A model generated the notes under the pieces. That model did no database searches. It worked only from the letters and a program-made list of their open reading frames with translations, and was not told the origin of the DNA. From positions 1 through 29,596 of the forward strand of contig JBDRNC010000025.1 in NCBI GenBank assembly GCA_043811535.1: a stretch of 29,596 nt of DNA. Direction: 5' to 3'. The stretch comes from Elusimicrobiota bacterium. GTDB taxonomy: Bacteria > Elusimicrobiota > Endomicrobiia > Endomicrobiales > JBDRNC01. Positions within the stretch are counted from its first letter, which is position 1. Each line of letters begins with the position of its first letter. A program made the translations under genes and the position numbers. Shown in pieces: positions 18,085 to 26,222 of the stretch.

Positions 18085-18675
18085 ATGGAACAAAATCAGG
18101 TAAAACAAATCATTGAAGCGCTGCTTTTCATAACCGACACGCCGCTTTCCGTAGAGATGATATCAGACGTTCTCGGAGAGACCGGCGTCGGGCACAACAT
18201 CGAGCAGATGGTCCAGGACATCGGAAAGGAATACGACGAACGCCAGAGTCCGATGGAGCTCCGTTTCATAGCGGGAGGCTATCAGTTCTCCACTCGCAAG
18301 GATTTTGCGCCGTGGATACACCGGCTTTACAAGGAAAAGACGACATTGCGCCTTTCACAGTCCGCGATGGAAACGCTGTCAATAGTCGCTTACAAGCAGC
18401 CCATAACGCGTTCTGAGATAGAAGAAATCCGCGGCGTTGAAGTGACGGGTGTTCTTGAAACGCTGCTCGAAAGAAAGCTTATCCGCATTGTCGGCAGGAA
18501 GGAAACCATAGGCAGGCCTTTGCTTTACGGGACCACGATGGACTTTCTTAAACACTTCGGCCTTTCGCATCTCAGCGAGCTTCCGTCCATCGGGGAAATA
18601 TCAGCGCAGGAAGAATCCGTGACCGAAACGGAAACAGAAACTGAAACCGAGGCGCCGCACGAGGAGAACCCTTAG
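18085..18675 (+). CDS. scpB: Segregation and condensation protein B
   Basis: IEALLF, LSQSAMETLSIVAYKQPITRSEIEEIRGV and GRPLLYGTT..FL.HFGL motifs. ATG 18085 has an AAGGA Shine-Dalgarno sequence. Confidence 0.95.
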   Translation: MEQNQVKQIIEALLFITDTPLSVEMISDVLGETGVGHNIEQMVQDIGKEYDERQSPMELRFIAGGYQFSTRKDFAPWIHRLYKEKTTLRLSQSAMETLSIVAYKQPITRSEIEEIRGVEVTGVLETLLERKLIRIVGRKETIGRPLLYGTTMDFLKHFGLSHLSELPSIGEISAQEESVTETETETETEAPHEENP

Positions 18676-18755
18676 ACTGAAGACAGAAGATTGAAGAAGG
18701 AAGCAGTCATTTAAACAGCTTCCGTCTTCCGTCTTCCTTCTTCCGTCTGCCATCT
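18674..18755. repeat. Family E palindromic element (AGACGGA / TCCGTCT heptamers)
   Basis: agactga agacaga agattga agaagga agc-13bp-gct tccgtct tccgtct tccttct tccgtct gccatct; it runs from the scpB stop directly to the next ATG. Confidence 0.85.
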
Positions 18756-19673
18756 ATGCTGTCCATCTCCACCGTTTTCGCCATCAAAAGATGTCCTACA
18801 TGGCAGTTGATGCTTGACGAAGCATTGAAATGCGGTTTTTCATCAGTAGAACTGGGCGTTCAGGTGCCGGAATCCTGGCTGCAAGAGATAGAACGATCGG
18901 TAAAAAAAGGCGAAATAGCCGTTTCCAGCCTGCATAATTATGTGCCGATGCTCACAAACCTTCCGCCCAACAGACACGTTTATTCCGGTTATTTCCTAAC
19001 TTCGTACGACGAAAACGAAAGCAGGCTGGCAGTAGATCTAACCCGGCGTACCATAAAATGGGCCGGGCGGCTCGGAGCAAAGGCCATAGTAGCGCATGCA
19101 GGGGAAGTCCCGACCGATCCTACGGGCAGGAATGTTTTTGAATACGCGGCGAAATTCAGCGTAAAAGGAAAACTATACTCAAGCTACACTAATTCGCTCT
19201 TTGAAGACCGCGTCGCAAAAACACCGAAATACATGGACGCACTCCAAAGGAACCTCGAAGCGGTGCTTGAAACGGCAGACGCCGAAAAAGTGTGCGTGGC
19301 GCTTGAAAACAGGGTTTATGCCAACGAAGTGCCCGATATGGACGAGACCCTGTTCCTGCTGAAAAAATTCAAGGGCTCCCCTCTGGGATACTGGCACGAC
19401 GCCGGCCACGGAGAAATATTCGCCAGGATGGGATTTGTAGACAGGCATGAAAGCATACTGGAAACACTGGGAACCAGCCTTATTGGCATGCACTTGCATG
19501 ACCTCAAGGGACTGGACGACCATTTTACCCCGGGTTTCGGCGACTTTGAATTCGGGATACTCAAACCATACGCCAAGAACGGTGTTTTGAAAGTAATTGA
19601 AACTCATAAGTACACGTCGCCGGAAGAGCTCAAGAAGGGAATCAAACATCTCAATAAAGCCGGAATAGCATAA
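18756..19673 (+). CDS. Sugar phosphate isomerase/epimerase (AP endonuclease 2 / xylose isomerase-like TIM barrel)
   Basis: SSLHN, ALENR, WHDAGH and HLHD...DH..PG.G motifs. Confidence 0.8.
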   Translation: MLSISTVFAIKRCPTWQLMLDEALKCGFSSVELGVQVPESWLQEIERSVKKGEIAVSSLHNYVPMLTNLPPNRHVYSGYFLTSYDENESRLAVDLTRRTIKWAGRLGAKAIVAHAGEVPTDPTGRNVFEYAAKFSVKGKLYSSYTNSLFEDRVAKTPKYMDALQRNLEAVLETADAEKVCVALENRVYANEVPDMDETLFLLKKFKGSPLGYWHDAGHGEIFARMGFVDRHESILETLGTSLIGMHLHDLKGLDDHFTPGFGDFEFGILKPYAKNGVLKVIETHKYTSPEELKKGIKHLNKAGIA

Positions 19674-19679
19674 CAGCGA

Positions 19680-19749
19680 ATTTCAAATTTCAGATTTCAA
19701 ATTGCAGATTTTTTGCTCAATACGCAAAACTCATAACTCATAACTAAAT
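19680..19749. repeat. Chimeric heptamer element: 4x ATTTCA(A/G) followed by 4-5x ACTCATA
   Basis: atttcaa atttcag atttcaa attgcag ... gctcaat acgcaaa actcata actcata actaaat; the two arms are not complementary. Confidence 0.7.
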
Positions 19750-19764
19750 TCCGGAGGAATTTAA

Positions 19765-20760
19765 ATGTCTGAATTACGAAGAGATCCTATAATCGGCAGG
19801 TGGGTGATAGTATCCACTGAGCGCGGCAAGCGGCCGTCGGATTTCCCGAAGATGCCTGAAAATAACGCGGGCAAGGCGTGCCCTTTCTGCATCGGCAATG
19901 AAAACCTTACGCCGTCGGAAATACTCGCGTACGGCGAGCCGGGAAGGAACAAAAACGGTCCCGGATGGTGGCTCAGGGTTGTTCCGAACAAATTCCCGGC
20001 GCTAAACATCGAAGGTACATTGAACAGGCAGGGCGAAGGCATGTACGATAAAATGAACGGTCTCGGCGCGCACGAAGTCATAATCGAGACTCCCGACCAC
20101 ACAAAATCCTTCGCGGATTTAACCGATAAACAGGTTGAAGACATTATCTGGGTGTACCGCGACCGCATCATGGACCTTAAAAGAGACATACGGCTGGAAT
20201 ACGCTCTGATATTCAAGAATCACGGAGCTGCGGCCGGCGCCACGCTGTCGCACTCGCATTCACAGCTTATCGCGACGCCCATAGTCCCGAAAAGAGTCAG
20301 AGAGGAAATAAACGGCGCGAAAAACTATTTTGAGTACAAGGAACGCTGCGTATTCTGCGACATAATCAAGCAGGAGCTTTCTCTCTCTACGAGAATAGTG
20401 GCCGAAAACAGCGATTTCGTCGCTATATGCCCTTTCGCTCCGCGGTTCCCGTTCGAAGTGTGGCTGCTCCCGAAAGTGCACGACTCGGATTTTGAGGACA
20501 TGCAGAAACACGCTTCGGTAAATCTCGCGCTGCTACTCAAGAACGTTCTGAACAAAATGAAAAATGTCCTGGACAACCCGCCGTATAATTTTATAATACA
20601 TAACGCGCCGCTCAGGGAAGACAGACTGCCGCACTACCACTGGCACATAGAGATAATACCGAAACTCACGAGCGTCGCGGGATTTGAATGGGGAACCGGA
20701 TTCTACGTCAACCCGACGCCGCCCGAAGAAGCGGCAAAGTTCCTCCGCGAAAGCGATTAA
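19765..20760 (+). CDS. galT: GalT-family nucleotidyltransferase (galactose-1-phosphate uridylyltransferase-like)
   Basis: ELRRDP...ERGKRP, CPFC.GNE, RVVPNKFPAL, HEVIIETP and KNHG.AAGA.LSHSHSQ motifs; GGAGG Shine-Dalgarno sequence. Confidence 0.9.
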   Translation: MSELRRDPIIGRWVIVSTERGKRPSDFPKMPENNAGKACPFCIGNENLTPSEILAYGEPGRNKNGPGWWLRVVPNKFPALNIEGTLNRQGEGMYDKMNGLGAHEVIIETPDHTKSFADLTDKQVEDIIWVYRDRIMDLKRDIRLEYALIFKNHGAAAGATLSHSHSQLIATPIVPKRVREEINGAKNYFEYKERCVFCDIIKQELSLSTRIVAENSDFVAICPFAPRFPFEVWLLPKVHDSDFEDMQKHASVNLALLLKNVLNKMKNVLDNPPYNFIIHNAPLREDRLPHYHWHIEIIPKLTSVAGFEWGTGFYVNPTPPEEAAKFLRESD

Positions 20761-20763
20761 CGG

Positions 20764-20841
20764 CAGTAATCAGCGATTAGCGATTGGCTATTAGTACGTC
20801 TTGTTTATCACCAATTGCTAATTGCAAATTGCTAATTGCTC
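20764..20841. repeat. Family G palindromic element (TAGC(G/A)AT / ATTGCTA heptamers)
   Basis: cagtaat cagcgat tagcgat tggctat -core- atcacca attgcta attgcaa attgcta attgctc. Confidence 0.8.
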
Positions 20842-20859
20842 ACAAAAAGAGGTTCTAAA

Positions 20860-22101
20860 TTGAGAATAGGCATTCTTACCAACGAGTACCCGCCCAACAT
20901 TTACGGAGGGGCCGGCGTTCACGTTGAATATCTGACGAATGAACTCATAAAACTGGACGGCAGCAAGCATTTTGTTAAAGTCCTGTGTTTCGGAGACCAG
21001 AAGAAAGAAAACGCGAATTTATCCGTGAAAGGGATAAACGCGGCATATACAGAACAGACGAAAGACCAGCGCCACCAGAAATTCCTCGACACGATACTCA
21101 AGGACATTTTGATGTCCGGGCAATTAAGCGACATAGACGTTGTCCATTGCCATACCTGGTACAGCCATTTCGCCGGGCTCCTTGCGAAGCAGCTTCTTCA
21201 AGTGCCGCTAGTCCTGACCACTCATTCGCTTGAACCCCATCGCCCGTGGAAAGCCGAGCAGCTCGGGACCGCGTACCGCGCCAGCTCTTGGATAGAAAAA
21301 ACCGCCTATGAGAACGCCGACGGAGTTATCGCGGTTTCCGAATCGATGAAAAAGGACGTTCACGCGCTTTACGGAGTCCCGCACAGGAAAATAAGGGTCA
21401 TTCACAATGGCATAGACCTGGAAGAATATAAACCGACCGCGGACACGAAAGGACTGGACAAGTACCAAATAGACAAAAGCACCCCGTACATCCTTTTTGT
21501 GGGACGCATAACGAGGCAGAAGGGGATCATCCACCTAGTTAACGCTATCAGGTATTTTAATCCCGGCTGTCAGGTTGTCCTCTGCGCCGGCTCTCCCGAC
21601 ACGAAAGAAATCGGCAGGGAGATGGAAGAGAAAGTGGCTAAGGCCACGGATAACTCGAAGAACAGGATAATCTGGATACGCGAAATGGTCTCACGCGACG
21701 ACCTGATATCCATTTACTCGCACGCGGCCGTTTTCGTCTGTCCGTCGGTATATGAGCCTTTCGGCATCATCAATCTTGAAGCGATGGCGTGCCAGGTACC
21801 TGTTGTCGCTACTAAAGTAGGGGGAATCCCGGAGATAGTGGTTGACGGCAAAACCGGCCTGCTCGTGCCGTTCAGGCCGAAGGGTAAAAATGAAGCCGAA
21901 CCGTCCGACCCTGAAAAGTTCGCCCGCGATCTGGCGAAAGCCGTAAATGCCGTCCTTGCCTCTCCTGAAAAAAGAAAACAGATGGGAGTGATGTCGCGCA
22001 GAAGAGTTGAAGAACAATTCAGCTGGACGACAATAGCTTCCCGGACATTGAATTTCTATAAAGAGCTGGTCGGAACCTATACGGAAAATACTAAAAACTA
22101 A
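20860..22101 (+). CDS. glgA: GT4 glycogen synthase of the actinobacterial type (GlgA/GlgM, alpha-maltose-1-phosphate synthase-like)
   Basis: LTNEYPPNIYGGAGVHVEYL, HCHTWY, HSLEPHRPWKAEQLG, FVGRITRQKG and YEPFGIINLEAMAC motifs. TTG start at 20860 with AGAGG Shine-Dalgarno sequence; adjacent to glgE. Confidence 0.9.
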   Translation: MRIGILTNEYPPNIYGGAGVHVEYLTNELIKLDGSKHFVKVLCFGDQKKENANLSVKGINAAYTEQTKDQRHQKFLDTILKDILMSGQLSDIDVVHCHTWYSHFAGLLAKQLLQVPLVLTTHSLEPHRPWKAEQLGTAYRASSWIEKTAYENADGVIAVSESMKKDVHALYGVPHRKIRVIHNGIDLEEYKPTADTKGLDKYQIDKSTPYILFVGRITRQKGIIHLVNAIRYFNPGCQVVLCAGSPDTKEIGREMEEKVAKATDNSKNRIIWIREMVSRDDLISIYSHAAVFVCPSVYEPFGIINLEAMACQVPVVATKVGGIPEIVVDGKTGLLVPFRPKGKNEAEPSDPEKFARDLAKAVNAVLASPEKRKQMGVMSRRRVEEQFSWTTIASRTLNFYKELVGTYTENTKN

Positions 22102-22222
22102 ATACTAAACACTAAATAAATATAAAGTCACAAATTCATAAATCTAATATAAATGCCGTGTTTGAGTTTAAACTTTTTCATTTTGAACTTATTTAGTTTT
22201 TAGTGTTTTGAGTTTAGTATTT
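22086..22222. repeat. Family A palindromic element, copy A4 (inverted)
   Basis: 4+4 heptamers, 137 bp. The reverse complement reads aaataagttcaaaat...aaacacggcatttatatt...tttgtgactttatatttatttagtgtttagtatttagtttttagt, matching A1. It encodes the last residues and stop codon of glgA. Confidence 0.9.
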
Positions 22223-22244
22223 ATCCTATACTTTGGAGTTAAAA

Positions 22245-24305
22245 ATGCCTAAAAAAGGCGCTAAAGACAAAAAAGTATCAACCGTACCCATTCAGCCAGC
22301 CGCGCGGACCGCGGACGCTCCCGCCGGAGAAGGAAAGTGGATTCCCGTCAACGGCTCAAAAAACGAAAAGATAAGGGCGCGCGTCCAGATAGAAGGCGTC
22401 CAGCCGAAATTCAGCGGCGGCAGGTTCCCGGTAAAGAGAATAATCGGCGATACATTAAAAGTTGAAGCGGACATATTCATTGACGGGCATAATGAATTGT
22501 CCGCCGCGCTGTTTTACCGCAAGGAAGGGCAGTCAAAATGGTCTGAAACCCCCATGACCTTCTCGGACAACGACCGCTGGCTCGGGGAATTCAAGGTTAC
22601 CGCGATAGGCCGCTGGAACTACACGATACAGGCATGGGTTGATAATTTCAAAACATGGAAACGCGATTTCAAGAAAAGAGTTAGTGCCGGGCAGGATGTT
22701 GCCATTGACCTGCTCATCGGGCTGGAAATGGTTAATAAGGTATTTGAAAGGACGCTTCCCAAAGACAAGGACACGTTGAACAGGATAATCGCGAAACTTA
22801 CCGACAAAAAAAATAAGACGGAAGCCGCCAAGGCCGCTCTTTCGGATGAATTAAGCGTCCTTATGGCGAAATATCCCGACAAGACAAACGCCGCGGAGTA
22901 CAAGGAACTCGGGGTCGTGGTTGACCCCAAGATTGCCCGTTTCAGCTCGTGGTATGAATTGTTCCCGCGCTCGTGGAGCGCCAAGCAGGGAAAACACGGC
23001 ACGTTCAAGGATGTCATAGCAAGGCTTCCGTACATCGCGGAAATGGGATTCAACGTTCTTTATCTGCCTCCCATACATCCCATAGGCGCGCAGTTCCGCA
23101 AGGGAAAGAACAATTCTGTAAAATGCGGAAATGACGATGTGGGGAGCCCATGGGCAATAGGCAGCGCGCAGGGCGGCCACAAGTCCATACACCCCGAACT
23201 AGGGACGTTTGAGGATTTTCACGAACTTATAGCGCAGGCCGGAAAACTCGGCATTTCGGTCTCCATAGACATCGCTTACCAGTGTTCGCCCGACCATCCG
23301 TATGTCAAGGAACATCCTGAATGGTTCCGCAAAAGACCCGATAACACGATACAATACGCGGAAAACCCGCCCAAGAAGTACCATGACATTTATCCTCTGA
23401 ATTTCGAAACCGAGAACTGGCAGGAATTGTGGGAAGAACTGAAAAGCGTCATAACATTCTGGATAGGGCACGGCATCCGCATCTTCAGGATGGACAACCC
23501 GCATACAAAAGACCTTTCTTTCTGGGAATGGATGATAACAGGGATAAAAAAGGATTACCCCGACGTAATATTCCTGGCGGAAGCTTTTACCCGCCCTAAA
23601 CTGATGTACCGCCTGGCAAAACTCGGGTTTTCACAGTCATATACTTATTTCACGTGGCGCAACACTAAACAGGAACTTACGCAGTATTTGACCGAGCTGA
23701 CCAAGACCGAGGTCAGCGAGTTTTACCGTCCGAACCTGTGGCCCAACACGCCTGACATACTTCACGAATATCTCCAGCGCGGCGGCGCCAGCGCCTTCAA
23801 AATACGTTTCATGCTCGCGGCAACGCTTACCTCAAATTACGGCATTTACGGACCGGCGTTTGAATTATGCGTCAATAAACCGTTCGCCGCCGGCAGTGAA
23901 GAATACTTGAATTCCGAAAAATACGAAATTAAGAAATGGGATGTAACCAGTCCCGGCAGCATCAGGCCCCTCATCGCGAAAGTCAACCAGCTAAGGAACA
24001 AACACTCCGTCTTCCAGCATGACCAGAACCTGGAGTTCGTCCCGGTAGATAACGAGCACATGATATGTTACGCGAAATACAGCGCCGATTATTCCGAGGT
24101 CCTGCTGATCATAGTGAACCTGGATACATTCTGGGCTCAATCCGGCTGGATCGAACTGCCTTTGAAGGAATTCGGACTGCCGGAAAACACTCCTTTCGAG
24201 GTTAATGACCTGCTGGACGGCAAAAGTTATCTGTGGAACGGCCCGAGGAATTTTATCAGGCTTGACCCGTCAGAATCGCCTGCGCATATTTTGAAGCTCC
24301 GCTGA
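22245..24305 (+). CDS. glgE: Alpha-1,4-glucan:maltose-1-phosphate maltosyltransferase
   Basis: WYELFPRS, YLPPIHPIG, GSPWAIG, QCSPDHP, YAENPPKKY.DIYP, FRMDNPHTK, FLAEAFTRP and NTPDIL motifs. ATG 22245 has a GGAG Shine-Dalgarno sequence. Confidence 0.96.
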   Translation: MPKKGAKDKKVSTVPIQPAARTADAPAGEGKWIPVNGSKNEKIRARVQIEGVQPKFSGGRFPVKRIIGDTLKVEADIFIDGHNELSAALFYRKEGQSKWSETPMTFSDNDRWLGEFKVTAIGRWNYTIQAWVDNFKTWKRDFKKRVSAGQDVAIDLLIGLEMVNKVFERTLPKDKDTLNRIIAKLTDKKNKTEAAKAALSDELSVLMAKYPDKTNAAEYKELGVVVDPKIARFSSWYELFPRSWSAKQGKHGTFKDVIARLPYIAEMGFNVLYLPPIHPIGAQFRKGKNNSVKCGNDDVGSPWAIGSAQGGHKSIHPELGTFEDFHELIAQAGKLGISVSIDIAYQCSPDHPYVKEHPEWFRKRPDNTIQYAENPPKKYHDIYPLNFETENWQELWEELKSVITFWIGHGIRIFRMDNPHTKDLSFWEWMITGIKKDYPDVIFLAEAFTRPKLMYRLAKLGFSQSYTYFTWRNTKQELTQYLTELTKTEVSEFYRPNLWPNTPDILHEYLQRGGASAFKIRFMLAATLTSNYGIYGPAFELCVNKPFAAGSEEYLNSEKYEIKKWDVTSPGSIRPLIAKVNQLRNKHSVFQHDQNLEFVPVDNEHMICYAKYSADYSEVLLIIVNLDTFWAQSGWIELPLKEFGLPENTPFEVNDLLDGKSYLWNGPRNFIRLDPSESPAHILKLR

Positions 24306-24498
24306 CTTTTGTCAGCGTTTGAATAAGATGTTCTCAGTAAGCTGAAATCCGCCGAAGCTCAGCCGCAGGCGAACGGAGGTGGATTGAAGCTCCGCTGACT
24401 TATGTCAGCGTATTAATAAGATGTTCTCGGCAAGCTGAAAACTCCATCCTTCGGAGGACGTTGCGCCGAAGCCCCGCCGCAGGCAGGGCGCAGGTGGA
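24291..24498. repeat. Tandem duplication of the glgE 3' end, terminator-like hairpin and a GC-rich REP-like hairpin
   Basis: 24291-24347 and 24384-24440 are identical at 52 of 57 positions, and each is followed by cgccgaagc-nnn-gccgcaggc-...-aggtgga. Confidence 0.85.
24300..24320 (+). terminator. Possible weak intrinsic terminator overlapping the glgE stop
   Basis: CGCTGAC-tttt-GTCAGCG stem followed by only TTT. Confidence 0.35.
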
Positions 24499-24509
24499 CT
24501 AAAGATAAA

Positions 24510-26222
24510 GTGAAACTCATGGATATATTGCAGAACAAGAAAGCCAGATACGCGGTTTACGCGCTTATTGCCGTTATTTCCGTCTGGACGGCCTGGAAAT
24601 TCGTAAATCGCGTCATCGCGGAAAATTCCAACAGATCCGTCGAGATCTGCATAGACCTCAATCAGGCCGCCGACCTTTGCCAGGCGAACGGGTACCCGCT
24701 CAATGACTTTCTCGCGCGGTGCCAGGCCGCCGGCGCCTCCAGCGCCGCTTTGCACGAAGAAACTCCGGCTTCGCTGGCCGCCTCCAGAAAAATCATCTAC
24801 TTCAGCGCCGCAGACTTCTCGCGCCTTAAAATCCTCGATCTTATCCCGTACGGTTCTGAAGTGAAGCCGGGTTCGCTGCTTGTGCCGGACAAGGACCTTG
24901 CCGCGCAGATAAGCAGCCAGCTGACAGACCGCTACAGCCTTGCAGTAGAACAGCGCCGCGTCGGAAAATACAGGGTCCTTACACCTGAATTCGCGTCCGG
25001 ATACATCCCGGCATACTGGAATGAAAACACGCCTCTCGGTTTTTCTTCCGAAGAAATCGAATATGTCACAAAACTGGGGTTAAAAGCCGTCCTACGCCCT
25101 GTTAACAGCGGGAACCCGCAATGGCTCGACATTCCTTACGGAGAAGATGTCTCGGGTTTCGTATGGGAAGGAAAGGAAGTACCGGGCTATTCAGGAAGAG
25201 AGGACATGCTATGCGCCGCTCTTTCGAAAAACGGGTTAAAATTCGTCAATCTTGAATTTAATTACCCGGCCGGCAATGAAAAATTAAACAGCAGGCTGCC
25301 TTCGCAAGCCGTGCGCGGTCACAGCATACAACAGCAGGAACTAAACAGGAGCTTTTCGGCGGACTTCTGGACGGCAAGATGGGAAAGGGCCGTTAAAGAA
25401 AGGGGTATAAGATTCCTGCTTTTTTATTTCTGGAACGGGAAATCCGTCGATGATAATATCTCATACCTTCGCGGCCTCGCGCACCGTTTAAAAGGCAGCA
25501 GCTACCGCCTTGAAACAGCCCGGCCGCCCCGGTATCCCGCGCGGGCGTACAACAAAATCTGGATTTTCTTCACGGCCGCGGCGGGGATACTATTCCCTCT
25601 GATAGGGCTGTTCGCGGCGAAGAAACAAGAGAATCCTTTTAAGGCATTTCTTATCTGCAACGGATTGACGCTTTCCGGCGCTTTGTTGATATCGGCGTTC
25701 CTGTTTGACGTGACATTGATGCAGAAGATACGCGACATACCCGGGATCAAGGCGATAATGCTTCTTCCCATGGCGGCGTCTTTCTTCATTTTATACCCGC
25801 CGCAGCAGATAAACAAAATACTTTCTTTCAAAATCCAGCTGAAACATGTCCTCCTGGTATTCGCGGCTTTTCTCGGGATCGTGATACTTCTTCTCAGGAC
25901 CGGGAATTATAATCTCCTGACCAGCCAGCCTGAGTACTTTTTCAGGGATTTCCTGGAAAATATCTTTGGCTTCAGGCCGAGAACAAAGGAATTCCTTATT
26001 GGGCAGCCTCTACTATTCATCGGATTCGCGTTCAAAAGGCCCTGGCTCGTTCTCATCGGAATGATCGGGCAGGTTTCCATCATCAATACTTTTCTGCACG
26101 CGCACTCGCCCGCGGCCGGGTCCCTGGCGAGGAGCATCCACGGCATCTGGATAGGCCTGCTGATCGGTTATCTTGTTTCAACGGCGATCAGGAAAATATC
26201 GGACAACAGGAGAGCTCGGTGA
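24510..26222 (+). CDS. DUF5693-family membrane protein
   Basis: N-terminal TM followed by 'ENSNRSVEI..D', 'VRGHSI', 'RAVKER.IR', 'RTGN', 'RPRTKEFLIGQP' and 'GQVSIINTFLHAHSP'; overlaps csaB. The start could be ATG 24519. Confidence 0.8.
   Translation: MKLMDILQNKKARYAVYALIAVISVWTAWKFVNRVIAENSNRSVEICIDLNQAADLCQANGYPLNDFLARCQAAGASSAALHEETPASLAASRKIIYFSAADFSRLKILDLIPYGSEVKPGSLLVPDKDLAAQISSQLTDRYSLAVEQRRVGKYRVLTPEFASGYIPAYWNENTPLGFSSEEIEYVTKLGLKAVLRPVNSGNPQWLDIPYGEDVSGFVWEGKEVPGYSGREDMLCAALSKNGLKFVNLEFNYPAGNEKLNSRLPSQAVRGHSIQQQELNRSFSADFWTARWERAVKERGIRFLLFYFWNGKSVDDNISYLRGLAHRLKGSSYRLETARPPRYPARAYNKIWIFFTAAAGILFPLIGLFAAKKQENPFKAFLICNGLTLSGALLISAFLFDVTLMQKIRDIPGIKAIMLLPMAASFFILYPPQQINKILSFKIQLKHVLLVFAAFLGIVILLLRTGNYNLLTSQPEYFFRDFLENIFGFRPRTKEFLIGQPLLFIGFAFKRPWLVLIGMIGQVSIINTFLHAHSPAAGSLARSIHGIWIGLLIGYLVSTAIRKISDNRRAR

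Noticed and set aside
18619..18651. GAAAC(N) hexamer repeat at the end of scpB
   Set aside because: It has period 6 and encodes an ETETETE low-complexity tail, so it is codon-driven and not part of the 7/8-mer system.
24405..24755. Minus-strand ORFs (this one, 12464..12727, 9074..9724, 16601..17275 and others)
   Set aside because: They are shadows of well-supported + strand genes or translations of repeats, with no recognisable motifs.
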